Shown here in pieces: positions 12,201 to 25,519 of a DNA stretch of 64,000 nt (positions within the stretch are counted from its first letter, which is position 1; every line of letters begins with the position of its first letter). The stretch lies in contig NW_027361722.1 of the NCBI RefSeq assembly GCF_039654945.1, positions 1,426,001 through 1,490,000 of the forward strand, read 5' to 3'. The notes beneath the pieces were generated by a model that was not told the origin of the DNA, searched no databases, and saw only the letters and a program-made list of their open reading frames with translations. The DNA is from Dendrobates tinctorius. Lineage: Eukaryota. The position numbers and the translations under genes are program-made.

Positions 12201-13262
12201 CACCAGAGGGAGCTCACTACATACAGATTTATACAGCCACCACTAGGGGGAGCTCACTACATACAGATTTATACAGTCACCACTAGGGGGAACTCACTGC
12301 ATACAGATTTATACAGCCACCTCTAGAGGGAGCTCACTATATACAGTTACACAGCCACCACTAGGGGGAGCTCACGACATACAGAGTTATACAGCCATCA
12401 CTAGGGGGAGCTCACTACATACATATTTATACAGCCACCACTAGGGGGAGCTCACTACATAAAGATTTATACAGCCACCTCTAGAGGGAGCTCACTACAT
12501 AGTTATACAGCCACCACTAGGGGGAGCTCACTACATACAGATTTATGCAGCCACCACTAGAGGGAGCTCTCTACATACAGATTTATACAGCCACCACTAG
12601 GGGAAGATCACTACATACAGATTTATACAGCCACCACTAGGGGGAGCTCACTACATACAGATTTATACAGCCACCACTAGAGGGAGCGCTCTACATACAG
12701 ATTTATACAGCCACCTCTAGAGGGAGCACGCTACATACAGATTTATACAGCCACCGCTAGAGGGAGCTCTCTACATACAGATTTATACTGCCACCACTAG
12801 GGGGAGGTCTCTACATACAGATTTATACAGCCACCAATAGAGGGAGCTCTCTACATACAGATTTATACAGCGACCACTAGAGGGAGCTCTCTACATACAG
12901 ATTTATACAGCCACCACTAGGGGAAGATCACTACATACAGATTTATACAGCCACCACTAGGGGGAGCTCACTACATACAGATTTATACAGCCACCACTAG
13001 GGGGAGCTCACTACATACAGATTTATACAGCCACCACTAGGGGGAGCTCACTACATACAGATTTATACAGCCACCACTAGGGGAGCTCACTACAGATTTA
13101 TACAGCCACCACTAGGGGAAGATCACTACATACAGATTTATACAGCCACCACTAGGGGAAGATCACTACATACAGATTTATACAGCCACCACTAGGGGGA
13201 GCTCACTACATACAGATTTATACAGCCACCACTAGGGGAGCTCACTACATACAGATTTATAC
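9216..13262 (+). repeat. 40-bp satellite (~100 copies), unit CACCACTAG(A/G)GGGAGCTCACTACATACAGATTTATACAG(C/T), containing a CTCF-like core
   Basis: Clear 40-bp periodicity; higher-order duplication of 673 bp within the array. Confidence 0.97.
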
Positions 13263-14967
13263 AACCAGGTCGCTGATTGCTGTCATGTGTCTGCTGCAGC
13301 CAATATCACTTAATTTATTAATGACCTTGGATAGCGGCAATGATGACAATGCTGGAACGGTGTCGTTGTGGGAGGTATTGATTGTTTTTACTGTAATTGG
13401 GGTCCTGAATTGATGAAGCCGGACGCCTTCTCGGTTCGGCATGTTGTCCTCCAGCTTCACAAATAAATCCCCCCATAGTAACCCATGAGGTGCTGGGTGC
13501 AGTGTCTGCCAGATAAAGCTGCTGAGTCACCATGTGTCAGGACCACCACATGTGGGAGAAGTTACTGAAACTGCAGGGAAGGGGGTACACGAAACTAGGA
13601 AAGGGGATAGAGATCAGGCAGGGGGCTTTGGATGTACACACGGGGTCTACACTGCAGGTTTACATCTACATGAGACACTTGCTATTCCAGATCCTGAGAT
13701 GTGGCTCATCCCCCAGGAATCCCAGAAACTGATAGTAGAAATGTCAGAGATTTCTGGACTGGCTGATAACAGGGAGCGATAGTTGCGTGCACCTGAGCTG
13801 TAAATGGAGAGAGTAGAAGCCGGTGATGCTTTTCTAGCTCGGGTCGTCCTGCATGCCCATTGGTGGTCCAACAGATCATGGAGTATCAGGTGGAGGGACA
13901 CTATAGCCACCCATTGCACTCGGTCTTTATGCTGCCGTTATTGTCCTGCCCCTTTAATAGTCCCGGGATGCCGCTTTCTCCACCATCCTTAGTGGCGGTG
14001 ACATTTGCCTCGCACACACTGGGGGGCTGGGAAATATTTAGCAGCGTCTTGCCCTCCCCCGGAGGTTCATCTGTTCTCCCCTGCAGTCGCACCCGTGTCC
14101 CCCACCCATGACCTTTCCACATTTCGCACCAATGAAGGGTCTGGAGCCTCGGGGTCCGCACCAACCCATTTCTTCATATAGGGCGGATGCTGGCGGGGGT
14201 CGCTCTCCTGGTGCGCGGTAATCCTGTCTATGTTTATGGAAGAAAGAAATGATGCAGAATAAACGCCGGTGCCAGCGGCAAGAGGCACAAAGAGCCGGTA
14301 GATGGCGGCGCGCCCGCGGCAAATGGTCTAGTATAGTACTGTGGACGGACGGAGCGGAGTCAGGAATGCTCGGTGTAGCCGTGGTACGTCATCTCAGAGG
14401 TCTCCTCTCGCTGCTCTTCCTCCCCTCTCACAGCAGCCAGTCTCAGGGACACGCTGGAGACATTTACTAAACGATTTGCTGGAGCAGAATAAAGTTGCAC
14501 ATTTTGTTGCAGAGACGAGACGCATCCACTCCACCCCACGGCGTACGGGCTCACACCCCACGGCGTACAGGCTCACAGGCCCAGTTATTCATCAGGAAAT
14601 TGCAGACTGAACCTTTATTAACCCCTTAACTTCTTTCCTTGACCCACTGGGTGGAGCTTAGTTATCACATGCCAACTGGTGACACTGGGCCACACATCTC
14701 CTGGTTTGGGAATAGATGTCAGCAGAACAGTCAGGAGCCGCGGGATGAGGAAAACTCTGGAATACGACCCTGACTGTGGGCGGCGGCGGCAGACGATCCA
14801 GCACCGATGCTCCATATAAACCCGGCCCTCATACAGTAGGAAGTATTGGTGCTCAAGTAGGGGATCCAGCCCGCCTTACTGGTGACTGATCGATGCACAC
14901 CGCTACTTACAGTCATTGATGCGGACCCATGAATCTCAGAGCACCTTGAATCCATTTGTAGCACTGT

Positions 14968-14970
<3 letters not shown>

Positions 14971-15023
<53 letters not shown>
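14971..15023. repeat. (TA)n(CA)n microsatellite
   Basis: Direct inspection. Confidence 0.95.
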
Positions 15024-15024
<1 letters not shown>

Positions 15025-15806
15025 GTAAGGCCTTTTATCAGGCCCTCCCTTACTACACTATCTGTGGGGTTACACTCATTTCTTTTGCACCCGATTTCTG
15101 TGGTAAATGCTTCTGACATTGATCTGATCTTTTATTCTGGATTGCTTTGTATATTAAAATATAATTGGCATTTTGTTCTTTCCTCTGGATCTTATACTCC
15201 GTTCTGGGAGAAATCCAGGGCTAGTGCCTATGACGGTCCGGATATATGGGCTTGGGACTGTTCCTTATATTAGGGTTTCTGTCTTGGTGATATTATATTA
15301 CTATATCAAGGTGAGCATTATATCAGAGTATTATATCGGGGTAATCATTATATGGGGGTGAGCACTGTATAGCATTATTACATCATCGCACCCCGAGCTC
15401 TGCGATCGGCTGCACCTCCTTGCAATGACCCATTTATCCTCCTGCCAGCGGTGATGGGGTTAATGGTGACAGGAAGTGCCTGGAGTCTGAACTGTCCATG
15501 TAGTGGAACATCTGGGCAGATGTCACAGCGCCGGCTGTGATTGGCTGAGCCGGGAACACCCCTGCCCCATCCACAGACGCCCACAGCAGGAGGCAGCAAA
15601 GGTCACAGCGAGAGGACTGCAGGGGAACTACAACTCTCAGCAGCCCCAACAGCTGCAGCTAACTCTACAGCTTTTCTCAGCTGTTGTGAAACTACAACTC
15701 CCAGCATTTGTACAGAACTGTATTTACAATTCCTGGCTATGAGGATAAAGCGTCCCCCAAAGATGTGGTCTGACCAATGGGTGTAAAGAAACTCTGTGTT
15801 GTCACT

Positions 15807-15958
15807 GGTGTTACATAGGACTGCAGGTGACATCTTCCACATTATCTGAGCTGTTACACAGGACTGCAGGTGACATCTACTACGTTATCTGTGGTGCTAC
15901 ACAGGACTGCAGGTGACATCTACTACTTTATCTGTGGTGTTACATAGGACTGCAGGTA
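15807..15958. repeat. Short ~43-bp tandem repeat (GTTACATAGGACTGCAGGTGACATCTACTAC..)
   Basis: About 4 copies of AGGACTGCAGGT. Confidence 0.8.
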
Positions 15959-16179
15959 TCTGTAGTTGGAGTTCTCGCTTCTGTTGTCAGTCCCGATACT
16001 ACAGAGGTGGACAATCATCACGCTTGTAAATATAAGCGCCTCACAGACCCAACGTCACCGTATAACATCCATAGTGCACATATAATACTGCCGCCACCAG
16101 GTTCCTGGGAATGTAGTAAACCTGTGATTGGTCGGAGTAAAGAACCTCCCGCACATTGCAACAAACCCTGACCTGCGAG

Positions 16180-17750
16180 CAGTGGCGGATTAAGTGGACT
16201 ATGGGCCCGGGGCTGTTCATAAAACCTGGGCCCCTGTACCCCCCTTCCCACCTGAGCGCTGCGGTCCCCGTGCGGGAATTGACAGCCGTACGGACCGCAG
16301 CACTTGGTTTGCTGCGGGTCCATACGGAAAACCCGCCACCATTCCACCATGTGAAGCCCCCACTCATCCCCCCTTCATCCTGTGAAGCCCCCACTCACCC
16401 CCTTCATCCTGTACAACTCCAGTCACCCCCCGTCATCATATACAGCCCCCAGTCACCCCCCGTCATCATATACAGCCCCCAGTCACCCCCCCGTCATCAT
16501 ATACAGCCCCCAGTCACCCCCCTTCAGCATATACAGCCCCCAGTCACCCCCCTTCAGCATATACAGCCCCCAGTCACCCCCCTTCAGCATATACAGCCCC
16601 CAGTCACCCCCCCGTCATCATATACAGCCCCCAGTCACCCCCCTTCATCATATACAGGCCCCAATCACCCCCCTTCATCATATACAGGCCCCAGTCACCC
16701 CCCTTCATCATATACAGCCCCCAGTCACCCCCCTTCATCATATACAGCCCCAGTCACCCCCCTTCATCATATACAGGCCCCAGTCACCCCCCTTCATCAT
16801 ATACAGGCCCCAGTCACCCCTCCGTCATCATATACAGCCCCAGTCACCCCCCTTCATCATATACATCCCCCAGTCACCCCCCTTCATCATATACAGGCCC
16901 AGTCACCCCCCTTCATCATATACAGCCCCCAGTCACCCCCCGTCATCATATACAGGCCCCAGTCACCCCTCCGTCATCATATACAGCCCCAGTCACCCCC
17001 CTTCATCATATACAGCCCCCAGTCACCCCCCCGTCATCATATACAGCCCCCAGTCACCCCCCTTCAGCATATACAGGCCCCAGTCACCCCCCCTTCAGCA
17101 TATACAGGCCCCAGTCACCCCCCCTTCAGCATATACAGGCCCCAGTCACCCCCCCTTCATCATATACAGGCCCCAGTCACCCCCCCTTCATCATATACAG
17201 GCCCCAGTCACCCCCCTTCATCATATACAGCCCCCAGTCACCCCCCTTCATCATATACAGCCCCCAGTCACCCCCCGTCATCATATACAGGCCCCAGTCA
17301 CTCCCCCTTCATTGTGTACAGCCCCCACTCACCCCCTCCCCCATTTAATTCATTTTATAAATAAAAAAAAATAAAAAAAGTTCCCCATACTTACCTCACA
17401 GCCGGCTCGCTCCCCAGCAGCGCCTCTGCTTTCAGCATCCTCCGGGACATGTCATCACGCACGCCCGACATCTGACCCGGAAGTACAGCCGGAGGGAGCC
17501 GGAGCTGAGCAGCCGTCAAGGTGACGGCCGTGCACAGCTCCTGGCCCCTCATAGAATGTGACGCGGGCGGCTGTCTGCTGCCGGCGGCGTCACAGGCAGC
17601 ACAGGGCACGGCCGGCCCTGTACAGGTGCTGGGGGAGCGGTCCGGGGGGCATTTGCCTCTCTGCCACCCGGCCCAGCCCGCCCCTGCGCCCCCAAAAAAC
17701 CTTGGGCCCGGGGCGACCGCCCCATCCGCCCCTATTAGGATCCGCCATTG
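16180..17750. mobile_element. Non-autonomous hAT element with an internal minisatellite
   Basis: TIRs CAGTGGCGGAT / ATCCGCCATTG; perfect 8-bp TSD CCTGCGAG (16172-16179 and 17751-17758). Confidence 0.9.
16420..17335. repeat. ~30-bp C-rich minisatellite (CAGTCACCCCCCTTCATCATATACAGCCCC)
   Basis: Direct inspection; produces the spurious 402-aa and 330-aa ORFs. Confidence 0.95.
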
Positions 17751-18014
17751 CCTGCGAGGAGTACGACCTATGCACAGATTTCAGCCTCTGGCTATAAATA
17801 GCAATGATCCCGGACCGGACACTGACAGTAAGCAGAGATCCAGAATTTGGGCAAAACAAACATTTTTTGGGGGAAGTTGCAGAACTACTGACATTAATGA
17901 TGAAGCGTCATGTACATATGACAAAACCAGGCTGTAACTCTGCACATCCGTCACACGCAGCCTGCAATGCACTTCTATGTGGACGCAGAACATCGCACCA
18001 AACGAATCACACTC

Positions 18015-21000
18015 ATATCGCTCATGTATCAGTCCATAGCACACCTGTATCCGCCGCGTATCAGTCCATAGCACACCTGTATCCGCCGCGTATCAGTCCA
18101 TAGCACACCTGTATCCGCCACGTATCAGTCCATAGCACACATGTATCGCTCATGTATCAGTCCATAGCACACATGTATCCACCGCGTATCAGTCCATAAC
18201 ACACATGTATCCACCGAGTATCAGTCCATAGCACACATGTATCGCTCGTGTATCAGTCCATAGCACACATGTATCGCTCGTGTATCAGTCCATAGCACAC
18301 ATGTATCCACCGAGTATCAGTCCATAGCACACATGTATCGCTCGTGTATCAGTCCATAGCACACATGTATCGCTCGTGTATCAGTCCATATCACACATGT
18401 ATCCGCCGCGTATCAGTCCATAACACACATGTATCGCTCATGTATCAGTCCATAGCACACATGTATCCGCCGCGTATCAGTCCATAACACACATGTATCG
18501 CTCGTGTATCAGTCCATATCACACATGTATCCACCGCGTATCAGTCCATAACACACATGTATCGCTCGTGTATCAGTCCATAGCACACATGTATCCGCCG
18601 CGTATCAGTCCATAGCACACATGTATCCGCCGCGTATCAGTCCATAGCACACATGTATCGCTCGTGTATCAGTCCATATCACACACATCGCTCATGTATC
18701 CGCCGCGTATCAGTCCATAGAACACATGTATCCGCCGCGTATCAGTCCATAGCACAGATGTATCCGCCACGTATCAGTCCATATCACACATGTATCCGCC
18801 GCGTATCAGTCCATAGCACACATGTATCCGCCACGTATCAGTCCATAACACACATGTATCGCTCATGTATCCGCCGTGTATCAGTCCATAGCACACATGT
18901 ATCTGCCGCGTATCAGTCCATAGCACACATGTATCCGCCGCGTATCAGTCCATATCACACATGTAGCCGCCGCGTATCAGTCCATAACACACATGTATCG
19001 CTCGTGTATCAGTCCATAGCACACATGTATCCGCCGCGTATCAGTCCATATCACACACATCGCTCATGTATCAGTCCATATCACACATGTATCCGCCGCG
19101 TATCAGTCCATATCACACACATCGCTCATGTATCAGTCCATATCACACATGTATCCGCCACGTATCAGTCCATATCACACATGTATCCACCGCGTATCAG
19201 TCCATAACACACATGTATCGCTCGTGTATCAGTCCATAGCACACATGTATCCGCCGCGTATCAGTCCATAGCACACATGTATCCGCCGCGTATCAGTCCA
19301 TAGCACACATGTATCGCTCGTGTATCAGTCCATATCACACACATCGCTCATGTATCCGCCGCGTATCAGTCCATAGAACACATGTATCCGCCGCGTATCA
19401 GTCCATAGCACACATGTATCCGCCACGTATCAGTCCATATCACACATGTATCCGCCGCGTATCAGTCCATAGCACACATGTATCCGCCACGTATCAGTCC
19501 ATAACACACATGTATCGCTCATGTATCCGCCGCGTATCAGTCCATAGCACACATGTATCCGCCGCGTATCAGTCCATAGCACACATGTATCCGCCGCGTA
19601 TCAGTCCATATCACACACATCGCTCATGTATCAGTCCATATCACACATGTATCCGCCGCGTATCAGTCCATAGCACACATGTATCCGCCACGTATCAGTC
19701 CATATCACACATGTAGCCGCCGCGTATCAGTCCATACCACACATGTATCCACCGTGTATCAGTCCATATCACACATGTATCGCTCGTGTATCCTCCGCGT
19801 ATCAGTCCATATCACACATGTATCCACCGCGTATCAGTCCATATCACACATGTATCGCTCATGTATCAGTCCATATCACACATGTATCCGCCGCGTATCA
19901 GTCCATAGCACACATGTATCCGCCACGTATCAGTCCATATCACACATGTAGCCGCCGCGTATCAGTCCATACCACACATGTATCCACCGTGTATCAGTCC
20001 ATATCACACATGTATCGCTCGTGTATCCTCCGCGTATCAGTCCATATCACACATGTATCCACCGCGTATCAGTCCATATCACACATGTATCGCTCGCGTA
20101 TCAGTCCATAGCACACATGTATCGCTCGTGTATCAGTCCATAGCACACATGTATCCGCCGCGTATCAGTCCATAGCACACATGTATCGCTCGTGTATCAG
20201 TCCATATCACACACATCGCTCATGTATCCGCCACGTATCAGTCCATAGAACACATGTATCCGCCGCGTATCAGTCCATATCACACGTTTCCGCCGCGTAT
20301 CAGTCCATATCACACATATCGCTCATGTATCCACCATGTATCAGTCCATATCACACACATCGCTCATGTATCCACCGCGTATCAGTCCATATCACACACA
20401 TCGCTCATGTATCCGCCGCGTATCAGTCCATAGCACACATGTATCCGCCGCGTATCAGTCCATAGCACACATGTATCCGCCGCGTATCAGTCCACAGCAC
20501 ACACGTATCGCTCGTATATCAGTCCATATCACACACATATAGCTCATGTATCCGCCGTGTATCAGTCCATATCACGCATGTATCCGCCGCGTATCAGTCC
20601 ATATCACACATGTATCGCTCGAGTATCAGTCCATAGCACACATGTATCGCTCGCGTATCAGTCCATAGCACACATGTATCCGCCGCGTATCAGTCCAAAG
20701 CACACATGTATCCGCCGCGTATCAGTCCATAGCACACATGTATCGCTCGTGTATCAGTCCATATCACACACATCGCTCATGTATCCGCCGCGTATCAGTC
20801 CATAGCACACATGTATCCGCCGTGTATCAGTCCATAGCACACATGTATCCGCCGCGTATCAGTCCATAGCACACATGTATCCGCCGCGTATCAGTCCATA
20901 GCACACATGTATCCGCCGCGTATCAGTCCATAGCACACCTGTATCCGCCGCGTATCAGTCCATAGCACACCTGTATCCGCCACGTATCAGTCCATAGCAC

Positions 21001-21810
21001 ACCTGTATCCGCCACGTATCAGTCCATAGCACACCTGTATCCGCCACATATCAGTCCATAGCACACCTGTATCCGCCGCGTATCAGTCCGTATCACACCT
21101 GTATCCGCCGTGTATCAGTCCATATCACACATGTATCCGCCGCGTATCCGTCCATATCACAAATGCATCCGCCGCGTATCCGCATCCGCCGCGTATCCGT
21201 CCATATCACAAATGCATCCGCCGCGTATCTATCCATCCATAGCACTCATGTATCCGCCGTGTATCAGTCCATATCACACATGTATCCGCCGCGTATCCGT
21301 CCATATCACAAATGCATCCGCCGCGTATCTATCCATCCATAGCACTCATGTATCCACCGTGTATCAGTCCATATCACACACATCGCTCATGTATCCGCCG
21401 CGTATCAGTCCATATCACACACATATCGCTCATGTATCCGCCGCGTATCAGTCCATAGCACACATGTATCCGCCACGTATCAGTCCATAGCACACATGTA
21501 TCCGCCGCGTATCAGTCCATAGCACACATGTATCGCTCGTATATCAGTCCATATCACACACATATAGCTCATGTATCCGCCGTGTATCAGTCCATATCAC
21601 ACGTATCCGCCGCGTATCAGTCCGTATTACACATGTATCCGCCGTGTATCAGTCCATATCACACATGTATCCGCCGCGTATCCGTCCATATCACAAATGC
21701 ATCCGCCGCGTATCCATCCATCCATAGCACACATGTATCCACCGTGTATCAGTCCATATCACACACGTATCGCTCATGTATCCGCCGTGTATCCGTCCAT
21801 ATCACACACG
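18015..21810. repeat. 31/32-bp CpG-containing satellite (GTATCAGTCCATAGCACACATGTATCCGCCGC), ~3.8 kb
   Basis: Direct inspection; two main variants (CCGCCGC versus CGCTCGT/CGCTCAT). Confidence 0.97.
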
Positions 21811-21989
21811 AATTGTCAAATATATCAGGAGTTTGTGTCAGTTTAAACTCAACCTCCAATATAACGGACCCGTAGCAGATTGTGTCTCCCGGTGACAGTA
21901 AGAACGGCGGCTCGTTATCGATGATCGCTAGGATACATTCCCTTCCTTCCCAGCTCCAGGCTCCACTTTTCGGCCGGCTCAGGACTTAC

Positions 21990-22004
21990 CTTGAGCTCTG
22001 CCAT
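21990..22004 (-). CDS. HGD: HGD coding exon 1 (15 nt, MAELK)
   Basis: ATG GCA GAG CTC AAG|gtaagt; same N-terminus and exon size as human HGD. Confidence 0.93.
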
Positions 22005-22365
22005 GTCCAGGTCCCTGTTCCTCCGCTCTGTGCTGCAGATTTCTGCTCTGCCAAGATTAAACACGCAGCTCAATGTGGATTTGATTAAACACAGGCCGGT
22101 TGCACAATTCTGCAGTGTGACTGGTGGAGGGGGAGGGATGGACCGCTCGGGTCACTGACAACAGAACGCAACATTACAGGTGTCTTCTCTTACAAGGACT
22201 CCGACCTCCCACCGTCCACCGCTGAGCACCAGGTCCGCACATCACACGGAGAAACCTTCATTTACTTGTGTACGTGTGTACAGTCAGAGCTGTAATCACA
22301 ATTCTACTGTTATCCCATGGCTCAAACATCAGTTCCCTCCAGAGCTGCATTCATGGTTCTTATTA

Positions 22366-24758
22366 CAGTGCCTTGTGAAAGTATTCGGACCCCTGGAACT
22401 TTTCAACCTTTTCCCACATATCATGCTTCAAACAAAGATACCAAATGTAAATTTTTAGTGAAGAATCAACAACAAGTGGGACACAATTGTGAAGTTGAAC
22501 AAAATTTATTGGTTATTTTAAATTTTTGAGGAAATTCAAAAACTGAAAAGTGGGGTGTGCAATATTATTCGTCCCCTTTACTTTCAGTGCAGCAAACTCA
22601 CTCCAGAAGTTCATTGTGGATCTCTGAATAATCCAATGTTGTCCTCAATGACTAATGATGATAAATATAATCCACCTGTGTGTAATCAGGTCTCCGTATA
22701 AATGCACCTGCTCTGTGATAGTCTCAGGGTTCTGTCTGAATCACAGAGAGCATCATGAAGGCCAAGGAACACAACAGGCAGGTCCGTGATACTGTTGTGG
22801 AGAAGTTTAAAGCCGGATTTGGATACAAAATAATTTCCAAAACTTTAAACATCCCAAGGAGCACTGTGCAAGCAATCATATTGAAATGGAAGGAGTATCT
22901 TACCACTGCCAATCTACCAAGACCCAGCCGTCCCTCTAAACTTTCATCTCAAACAAGGAGAAGACTGATCAGAGATGCAGCCAAGAGGCCCATGATCACT
23001 CTGGATGAACTGCAGAGATCTACAGCTGAGGTGGGACAGTCTGTCCATAGGACAACAATCAGTCGTACACTGCACAAATCTGGCCTTTATGGAATAGTGG
23101 CAAAAAGAAAGCCATTGCTCAAAGATATCCATAAAAAGTGTTGTTTAAAATTTGCAACAAGCCACCTGGGAGACACACCAAACATGTGGAAGAAGGTGCT
23201 CTGGTCTGATGAAACCAAAATAGAACTTTTTGGCAACAATGCCAAACGATATGTTTGGTGTTAAGGCAACACAGCTCATCACCCTGAACACCATCCCCAC
23301 TGTCAAACGTGGTGGCAGCATCATGGTTTGGGCCTACTTTTCTTCAGCAGGGACAGGGAATATGGATGGATTCAAATACAGGACCATTCTTGAAGAAAAC
23401 CTGTTGTGAGTTCATTTTCCCCTTCGTCACTGGGGTCTGGTGAACTCCCTATTCTGGTAAAGGAAGGTAATGAGCCTGATTATCAGGCACCTGAGTCTAA
23501 TGAGGATGACTGGCTGAGTGGAGTCACGGACTGGATATAAGGCTGCCGACGCCCTTCTGCCCTGCGGGTGATTTCTCTGTGGACTTCTAGGACACCAGTC
23601 TGATTCCTACTCCTCTAAAGCTAAGTTTCTGTTTTGCCTGTTAGCTTTTTGTTTTGTTTTCCTTGCTTTTCAGTATTCTGCCATTCCCTGCTGGGGTGAG
23701 CTGAATCTCCTTTTGCCTGTAGCTCTGTCTTCAGTATATTCCGGAGTACTGACATAGCTTTTTTGAAGCCTAGCGTCTTCAGGGCCTTTTTCACTGCCAG
23801 TCTGTTGGCTCTGATTTTCATAGGGTTTTTCACGGATTGCAGACAGCAGCCTTCCTGTCCTTTTCTATTTAGTTAGCTTGGGCCCTTCTTTGCTCAGTCT
23901 ATCTTTCTGTGTTAGTATTTTCATCTTGCTTCACCGTCATATGTTGGGGGCTGCCTATTGCTTTGGGGTCTGCTCTGGGGCAGTTTAGATTTCCCCTTTC
24001 TTTCGGCCTATTTAATTCTCCGGCTGTGATCGAGGGGTCTAGGGCATAGTAGGAACCCCCCACGGCTACTGCTAGTTGTGTTGATAGGTTCAGGGGTCTG
24101 CAATCCGATAGCTGCCAACTTCTCTGGTTTTCTGGACTTAGCTAGCATTTCTGTTTTTGCCTCCTACGGTGACTCAATCATAACAAAAACCTGTTGGAGT
24201 CTGCAAAAGACCAGAGACTGGGACGGAGATTTGTCTTCCAACAAGACAATAATTCCAAACATAAAGCAGAATCTACAATGGAATGGTTCACAAATAAACA
24301 CATATTCAGGTGTTAGAATGGCCAAGTCACAGTCCAGACCTGAATCCAATCGAGTCTCTGTGGAAAGAGCTGAAAACTGCTGTTAATAAACCATCTCCAT
24401 CCAACCTCACTGAGCTCGAGCTGTTTGCCAAGGAAGAATGGGCGAGAATTTCAGTCTCTCGATGTACAAAACTGATAGAGACATACCCCAAGCGACTGCA
24501 GCTGTAATCGCAGCAAAAGGTGGTGCAACAAAGTATTAAGTTACAGGGGCCGAATAATATTGCACGCCCCACTTTTCAGTTTTTGTATTTCCACAAAAAA
24601 TTAAAATAACCAATAAATTTCGCTCAACTTCACAATTGTGTCCCACTTGTTGTTGATTCTTCACCAAAAATTTTCATTTGATATCTTTATGTTTCAACCA
24701 TGAAATGTGGGAGAAGGTTGAAAAGTTCCAGGGGGCCGAATACTTTCGCAAGGCACTG
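22366..24758 (+). mobile_element. Tc1-like transposon (Passport-like, long TIRs) with disrupted transposase
   Basis: TA|CAGTGCCTTG..AAAGTATTCGG and CCGAATACTTTCGCAAGGCACTG|TA; ~210-bp TIRs; [33 protein letters not shown] and WPSHSPDLNPIE; stops plus an LTR insertion. Confidence 0.93.
23402..24185 (+). mobile_element. Solo LTR inserted in the Tc1 transposase
   Basis: TGTTGTGA...TCATAACA termini; AAAACC duplicated on both sides; the transposase sequence resumes after it. Orientation inferred from an internal TATAA. Confidence 0.85.
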
Positions 24759-24877
24759 TAGATGCCATGTTGGAACATATGCAATTGTCAGCATGCATCA
24801 TGAATTATTTTATACTTTTGGACAATGCACAGTAAAAGTTATGTGTCCCATAATGTTCCACAGCTAAGGACTGAATA

Positions 24878-25045
24878 TATACAGATTTATACAGCCACCA
24901 CTAGGGGGAGCTCACTACATACAGATTTATACAGCCACCACTAGGGGGAGCTCACTACATACAGATTTATACATCCACCACTAGAGGGAGCTCACTACAT
25001 GCAGATTTATACAGCCACCACTAGGGGGAGCCCACTGCATACATA
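24878..25045 (+). repeat. Short array (~4 units) of the 40-bp CTCF-like satellite
   Basis: Same unit as 9216-13262. Confidence 0.92.
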
Positions 25046-25197
25046 TATGTATGGACATGTGCTGGACATTTGTTTATCTGACTACAACATTTATTGGGTC
25101 CTGCTGTCTCAACTTAGTTTGATTGATTAACGAGAAGAGAGAGCAATAAAAAAAAAAAAGAAAAAAAAAAAAGGAGATCTAAGCCTTAGCCTCCTAT

Positions 25198-25513
25198 ATC
25201 ATAGAATCATAGAATCGTAGAGTTGGAAGGGACCTCCTGGGCCATCTGGTCCAACCCCCTGCTCAAAGCAGGATTCGCTAAATCATCCCAGTTAGATGTC
25301 TGTCCAGCCTCTGTTTGAAGACTTCCATTGAAGGAGAACTCACCACTTCTCGTGGCAGCCTGTTCCACTCATTGATCACTCTAACTGTCAAAAAGTTTTT
25401 TCTAATATCTAATCTGTGTCTCCTCCCATTCAGCTTCATCCCATTGCTTCTAGTCTTTCCTTGTGCAAATGAGAATAAGGAGGTCCCTTCCAACTCTACG
25501 ATTCTATGATTCT
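25198..25513 (-). mobile_element. CR1 LINE 3' fragment capped by an inverted copy of its own 3' end
   Basis: Minus-strand ..TRSNGMKL..RKNFLTVRVINEWNRLPREVVSSPSMEVFKQRLDRHL with an (ATTCTATG)n tail; 25479-25513 is the reverse complement of the tail end. Confidence 0.88.
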
Positions 25514-25519
25514 TAAGTC

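Noticed and set aside
9216-13262. CRISPR-like array
   Set aside because: Head-to-tail repeats with no unique spacers and no cas genes, in eukaryotic intronic context. The same applies to 44572-46359.
16156-17374. 402-aa and 330-aa Pro/His-rich ORFs
   Set aside because: Translation of a 30-bp minisatellite inside a hAT element.
18653-21875. Many repetitive ORFs (MYPPRISP..)
   Set aside because: Satellite translation artefacts.
22050-22095. HNF1/HNF4-like sites upstream of HGD (two GTTTAATC, CAAATCCA)
   Set aside because: Only partial matches, too weak to call without data.
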